Source of the DNA: a virus
UHGV virus genome: UHGV-0195737
Direction: 5' to 3' (one strand)
DNA: 58,116 nucleotides
Part shown: in pieces, positions 53,942 through 58,116 of the stretch
How the letters are laid out: each line of letters begins with the position of its first letter
Numbering within the stretch: the first letter of the stretch is position 1
Position numbers and translations under genes: made by a program
The notes under the pieces: model-generated
The model's input: the letters and a program-made list of their open reading frames with translations, nothing else
Told to the model about the DNA's origin: nothing
Databases searched by the model: none

Positions 53942-54117
53942 TGGTTAGTTATTACAAAGCTAAGGTTACTGGTATCCTGTACAAAATAGAAAACCATACA
54001 GTTTATTATTTTAGTAGACCAGCAAATGAATGGCGTGAATGTTTTTCTAAGTTTAAATCTGAAATAGAAAACAACCCTGAATATTATATCAAGGTTGACA
54101 ATGTAACCGTGGCGTGA
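53941..54117 (+). CDS. Hypothetical small protein (58 aa)
   Basis: ATG overlaps NinB stop; not in track. Confidence 0.3.
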   Translation: MVSYYKAKVTGILYKIENHTVYYFSRPANEWRECFSKFKSEIENNPEYYIKVDNVTVA

Positions 54118-54131
54118 CTGAGGATAAGCAA

Positions 54132-54788
54132 ATGAATAAATCAAAAGTAATCGGTATAATTAGCCATCGCACTAACCCTGAATGCTACCCATCGTTCGAA
54201 GTATCGACATGCAGGGAAGAATATAATTTTGGATCATGCTATTTAGTTGGTGTCCGCGCTGATACTCGCGGCACTTATTCTGTTATGGCGGCAAGCTGGA
54301 AGTTTGATAAATATGCCAATTTATCTAATAAAGATGATGATGGCATGAATAAAGAAAGTGAAATCATTGACGAATTAATCGAAGATGAGCGGCATGATTG
54401 CGATACGCCAGAAGTTACGGAATGGATGGCAGGAGAAAAGCCGCCATGCGGAGTATGGCTTGAGCTTCTAGATCCTGTCGATGGTCGGAAATATGTTATT
54501 CTGAAATACAAGTATATAAGTGATCGCCTTGCTCTTTTTGTAGAAATGGATGCGCCTGATTTTGAACAAGCCGGGGAATGGAAGCCTTTCGCTCATAAGT
54601 TGTATGTAGATCCGAAAGAAAAAATACTGGCTGAAATTGCGTTTGCACTTGCCACTAAGGTTATCGGTGAAGACGCAGCAAAAGAAATTAATTTTAACCG
54701 CGACAATGAGTTTTCACACGATTATCGCAACATGGCGCAAGCTATTATTGATGGATGTATCGGACACGTCGAATACACGGGGAAATGA
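54132..54788 (+). CDS. Hypothetical protein near int
   Basis: 218 aa from ATG with SD GAGGA; acidic. Confidence 0.4.
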   Translation: MNKSKVIGIISHRTNPECYPSFEVSTCREEYNFGSCYLVGVRADTRGTYSVMAASWKFDKYANLSNKDDDGMNKESEIIDELIEDERHDCDTPEVTEWMAGEKPPCGVWLELLDPVDGRKYVILKYKYISDRLALFVEMDAPDFEQAGEWKPFAHKLYVDPKEKILAEIAFALATKVIGEDAAKEINFNRDNEFSHDYRNMAQAIIDGCIGHVEYTGK

Positions 54789-55027
54789 ATATGATCAGCG
54801 ATAAGGAAACGACGATACTAATCACGACGGAAAATATCTGTAAGATGTTAGGTGGCATTAGCCGGGGAACGTTTTACAAGTGGCGTAAAGCGTGGAAGAA
54901 CAGCGGAACACCATTCCCCGCGCCCGCTGCTCTCCCCTTCCCCGGATGTAACCACCTTTACCGCTATCAGGACGTTATGCGGTTTTTTCATGAGCGCGGC
55001 TTAATCTCAACCAGGGATAAAACATAA
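54785..55027 (+). CDS. xis: Excisionase / AlpA-like DNA-binding protein
   Basis: ICKMLGGISRGTFYKWRK HTH typical of Xis/AlpA; convergent overlap with int. Confidence 0.6.
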   Translation: MNMISDKETTILITTENICKMLGGISRGTFYKWRKAWKNSGTPFPAPAALPFPGCNHLYRYQDVMRFFHERGLISTRDKT

Positions 55028-56181
55028 TCAGCCCACTTATTCATCGCTTCTTTTTGCTCATCAATGTAGTCATATTTATCATAAACGGCTAACACGCCTG
55101 ATAGGGCGTGGCCTAATACTTTCTCCGCTATGTGCGGTGCTACTCCTATAGCTGCTAAATGAGTGCGGCATGTCCGGCGCAAGTCATGACATGACCATGC
55201 CTCACAATTCATTATGCTGTAAACGGATAGCGCCGCTTTCTTGATTACGGTTTTACACGCTGGCTTATCTTCCTGTGATCTCGCAGGGGGTAACAGGTGC
55301 TCTTTATCATGCGCCGCCATAATTTCACGCAATAAAGAGACGGCGTAATCAGATAATCCCCTTCTAATCAGTCGCCGGGTTTTTGATATTTCAGCCGGGA
55401 CCGTCCACACACCATTGTCTAAATCAAAATGCGATCTCTTTGCATCCCTCAATTCAATGACACGGCAACCAGTAAGTAACAGCAATTTAAGCGCGTACTT
55501 ATGCAGGCTGTAGATCCTCGACCTTTCCACGGCACGCCAGAACTCCACAATTTCATCCGTTGATAAATACCGCTCACCGACGCCGGGCGTGTTTCCAATA
55601 TCAATAACGCGAACATTTTTTATTGACTGGCTTGTAACCATATCTCGCCTGATGGCGTTATCAATTACGATCTTCATTCGCTTTAACACTATTCCGGCCT
55701 GTACGGGGTAGCCCGCCTCCGTTATCTTCGAAAATATATCCATCCATTGACGCGTCGTTATATCGTCAACGATATAAAAACCGTAGTCTTTCACTACATA
55801 GCGTTGTAGAAAACTTTTAATATCCCTGTAGTTAACAAGTTTTTTGACGTTGGTCATTGAGAGATAATCATCAATCACATCACTGATCGTCTTCTTCTCC
55901 TTCTCCCCTTCTATCCGCTGCTTCAATACTGTTGCCGGATTCTTCCCCTCCGCGAGTATCTCCTTGCATTCTGCCACCGCCGCGCGGGCTTCTTTTAGCG
56001 ACATGATGCCATAGTCGCCCAGCTTCAAGCGCACTGGTTTACCATTGAAACGATAGCGGTACTGGAATGTAATTTTCCCCTTCGCACTTACCCTGGCTGA
56101 TAGTCCGCCAGCGTCCGCCAGTTCATCCGGCCCGGTGTACGCCTTCCCGGCGATGGCTCGTAATTTCGTATCAGACAACAT
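54988..56181 (-). CDS. int: Tyrosine integrase (phage integrase family, arm-binding N-domain)
   Basis: C-terminal HDLRRT, LGH and Tyr motif; N-terminal arm-binding-like domain. Confidence 0.85.
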   Translation of the reverse strand: MLSDTKLRAIAGKAYTGPDELADAGGLSARVSAKGKITFQYRYRFNGKPVRLKLGDYGIMSLKEARAAVAECKEILAEGKNPATVLKQRIEGEKEKKTISDVIDDYLSMTNVKKLVNYRDIKSFLQRYVVKDYGFYIVDDITTRQWMDIFSKITEAGYPVQAGIVLKRMKIVIDNAIRRDMVTSQSIKNVRVIDIGNTPGVGERYLSTDEIVEFWRAVERSRIYSLHKYALKLLLLTGCRVIELRDAKRSHFDLDNGVWTVPAEISKTRRLIRRGLSDYAVSLLREIMAAHDKEHLLPPARSQEDKPACKTVIKKAALSVYSIMNCEAWSCHDLRRTCRTHLAAIGVAPHIAEKVLGHALSGVLAVYDKYDYIDEQKEAMNKWADYVLSLVEIKPRS

Positions 56182-56195
56182 GTTTCCCCCTTCGT

Positions 56196-56217
56196 TTTGG
56201 TCACGTTTTGGTACACA
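56196..56217. repeat. Right copy of imperfect 22-bp direct repeat (putative att-associated)
   Basis: TTTGGTCACGTTTTGGTACACA, 15 bp from int start. Confidence 0.3.
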
Positions 56218-56329
56218 CTTTTCGTTAAACGGATATTAACAGCAATGTACGTAAGAAGACACACTACGGCTAAAAAATAATCTAAGCTGTTGTTTTTGAT
56301 AGGGATTAGTGAACAGGGATGAACGCGAA

Positions 56330-56503
56330 TGAACGCGAATAAACAAGGCGAGATCCTTTTTGGCGAAGTGGTATCAGCAGCGGCAGACGCACGGGTATTT
56401 GTCGAAGGCCGCTGGCAGTTTGATGATGATAAGCTCAATACGTTGCATCATTTAGGTGCTGGCACGTTTGTTACCAGTGGTAAGCGAGTTACCGCGGGCT
56501 AAA
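56330..56503 (+). CDS. Hypothetical small protein (flank)
   Basis: 57-aa ORF MNANKQGEILFGEVV...; outside prophage. Confidence 0.25.
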
Positions 56504-56567
56504 GAATCATATGCAGCAACCAAGTTGTTTAAGCAATGTTTCCATATGAGTTAAAGCATATTTTATC

Positions 56568-57034
56568 TCACGATTGCATATTTTTAGTGAAGATTAATTT
56601 ATCCTCACCAACATCATAGTAATTGCGTATTATCGCCTCATTGATAAAGCCCTGTTTTGTATAAAATGCGCGGGCGGCACTAAAATCGATATGGCTGGCG
56701 GTCTCTACTAATAGTAGTCTTGCCTGTTTAATTGTGAGCTCTTTTCTATTTCGTTAATCAGCAGATGTCTCACTCCCTGGCGCTGATGGGAAGGACTGAT
56801 CCAGAGCATTAATAAATTTCAGACATCATTTGTCATCATTTCAGAAGCACAGTAGGCAATCCCTGCCAGTCCCAAGTGTTCTGCACTAAACCATAAATCG
56901 GCAGATTGACCTGAGAAATAATGTGTTAGTGTTTTTTGTACATGATGAAGGCCATCTTGATCAAATTGATCCCTGTCAAGCAGCATATCCATTAATGGTT
57001 CAACATCTGAAGGTTTGACTGGTCGTATAAACAT
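56568..57034 (-). pseudogene. GNAT-family acetyltransferase, frameshifted
   Basis: N-terminal fragment (track ORF 56819-57034) and C-terminal fragment with ARAFYTKQGF motif in a different frame. Confidence 0.45.
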
Positions 57035-57111
57035 GGAACTCCTTATTTATTGATGAATATTTGAAAATTGTTTGCATGGAACGCGGTTAATCTGAATTTT
57101 CAGCGGAAGTT

Positions 57112-57255
57112 TCACTCAAAGGCTTTATTAATCCGCTCCTTATGTCCTTTTACAGCAAATAAATAATTACCTCCCTGTTTTTGTATCTTCTCTGCAATAT
57201 CTTTCTGGCAACCCATCGCATCAGTTGTGATAATTTCACCTTTAATATCCAACAT
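57112..57255 (-). pseudogene. ISAs1-family (H-repeat-associated) transposase remnant
   Basis: 48-aa fragment [27 protein letters not shown] matches conserved ISAs1 transposase core. Confidence 0.5.
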
Positions 57256-57493
57256 GTTAGTATCAATTATTGAACATAAAATGTAAATTATTTAGTGCAA
57301 AAAATCGGCGCACCGTGTTCTTTCCCATATTCCTAATATGGCAACTTTAAGTTATCGCCGTCTATACTTATAGAAATTTCATCAGGGGTGACGTAAATAG
57401 AATTTTTTTCATCCTCAATTGCCCATAACTGATTAATAAAAAAGTGTTTTTTCATCTAATAACAAATTATTACATGTAGTAAAATTATTAATA

Positions 57494-57961
57494 TCAAAAA
57501 AAATCATCAGCACAATTAATTTTTAAATTTAAAAAATAAAGAAAAATATTATTGATTGATTTGAGTGTAAACCACTTGTCATTAACAAATTTATAGCCAG
57601 ATGGTTTTATAAAATAATAATTATCTCCTGGTATAAAGGCATACATATCATTTAAGGTTATACTCAACAAAAAACTACGACCTGGTTTAATAGTATTCCA
57701 CCGTTCAGGATTCGTATTAATTTCAAAAGGACATGAACCACCTAAGTAGTCCAACGTGATATTCCCAGAGTTGATTCTGAATGGTTTTTTGCATATCGCA
57801 TCATATTCATCTCCTTTTCCATCTTTTACTTTCATAGGTAGATAATATTTAGAAAAAAAATACGTGGTAGAGCTATTGTTAGTAAAGGTTATGTTAGCAA
57901 AAATCCTGTTATTTTTTTTACTCATAGCTAATTGAGCATTGACATCCGCTATATAATTCAT
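57494..57961 (-). CDS. Hypothetical protein in AT-rich flank
   Basis: 155-aa ORF, very AT-rich, Asn/Lys/Phe-rich. Confidence 0.35.
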   Translation of the reverse strand: MNYIADVNAQLAMSKKNNRIFANITFTNNSSTTYFFSKYYLPMKVKDGKGDEYDAICKKPFRINSGNITLDYLGGSCPFEINTNPERWNTIKPGRSFLLSITLNDMYAFIPGDNYYFIKPSGYKFVNDKWFTLKSINNIFLYFLNLKINCADDFF

Positions 57962-58116
57962 ATGATTGTATTTTTTCTTACACTCATCATAATTTTCGAT
58001 AGGATAAATTAATGGCCTTCCTTTGATATCTCTCTCAAGCCCAAACCCGTATTTTTTATTAAAACCATTTCATCCGCAGTCGATTGAAAGGAATAGAAAA
58101 ATATAATATTTACGAT

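Larger units (their letters stand above)
62..56217. mobile_element. Lambdoid siphovirus-type prophage, apparently intact
   Basis: Continuous phage modules from tail fibres (141) to integrase (56181); imperfect direct repeats at both ends; flanking DNA at right is degraded host/island sequence. Confidence 0.6.

Overview
The window is dominated by one ~56-kb lambdoid, siphovirus-type prophage (about 62-56217), bounded by an imperfect 22-bp direct repeat, with tyrosine integrase and excisionase at the right end and tail-fibre genes at the left end. The last ~1.9 kb (56.2-58.1 kb) is AT-rich flanking DNA carrying a frameshifted GNAT acetyltransferase and an ISAs1-family transposase remnant. On the minus strand, from right to left: LexA-like CI repressor, N-like antiterminator with boxA/boxB nut sites, Erf and SSB, many small early genes, a Dam-type and an atypical C5-type methyltransferase, NinG, RusA, antiterminator Q, a 4-kb island of compact small ORFs with tandem paralogues, the lysis cassette (pinholin, SAR endolysin, Rz/Rz1), a tandem array of hydrophobic microprotein ORFs, terminase, portal, head genes, a lambda-like tail (H, M, L, K, I, J) and tail fibres. 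The replication module (initiator with internal iterons, Rha, an HTH-metallophosphoesterase fusion, DnaB) plus NinB and xis is transcribed divergently on the plus strand. The most unusual features are three opposite-strand moron cassettes with their own terminators embedded inside the tail operon, a recurring CCATTTTGTA inverted-repeat motif at regulatory junctions, and CRP-consensus palindromes. No gene here can be assigned to a known defence system from sequence alone; the candidates for something new are the moron cassettes, the Q-lysis island, the microprotein arrays and the HTH-metallophosphoesterase. No rRNA, tRNA or CRISPR array was seen. All calls are by eye from the sequence and recalled family signatures; no searches were run. 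Coordinates of features absent from the ORF track may be off by a base or two.
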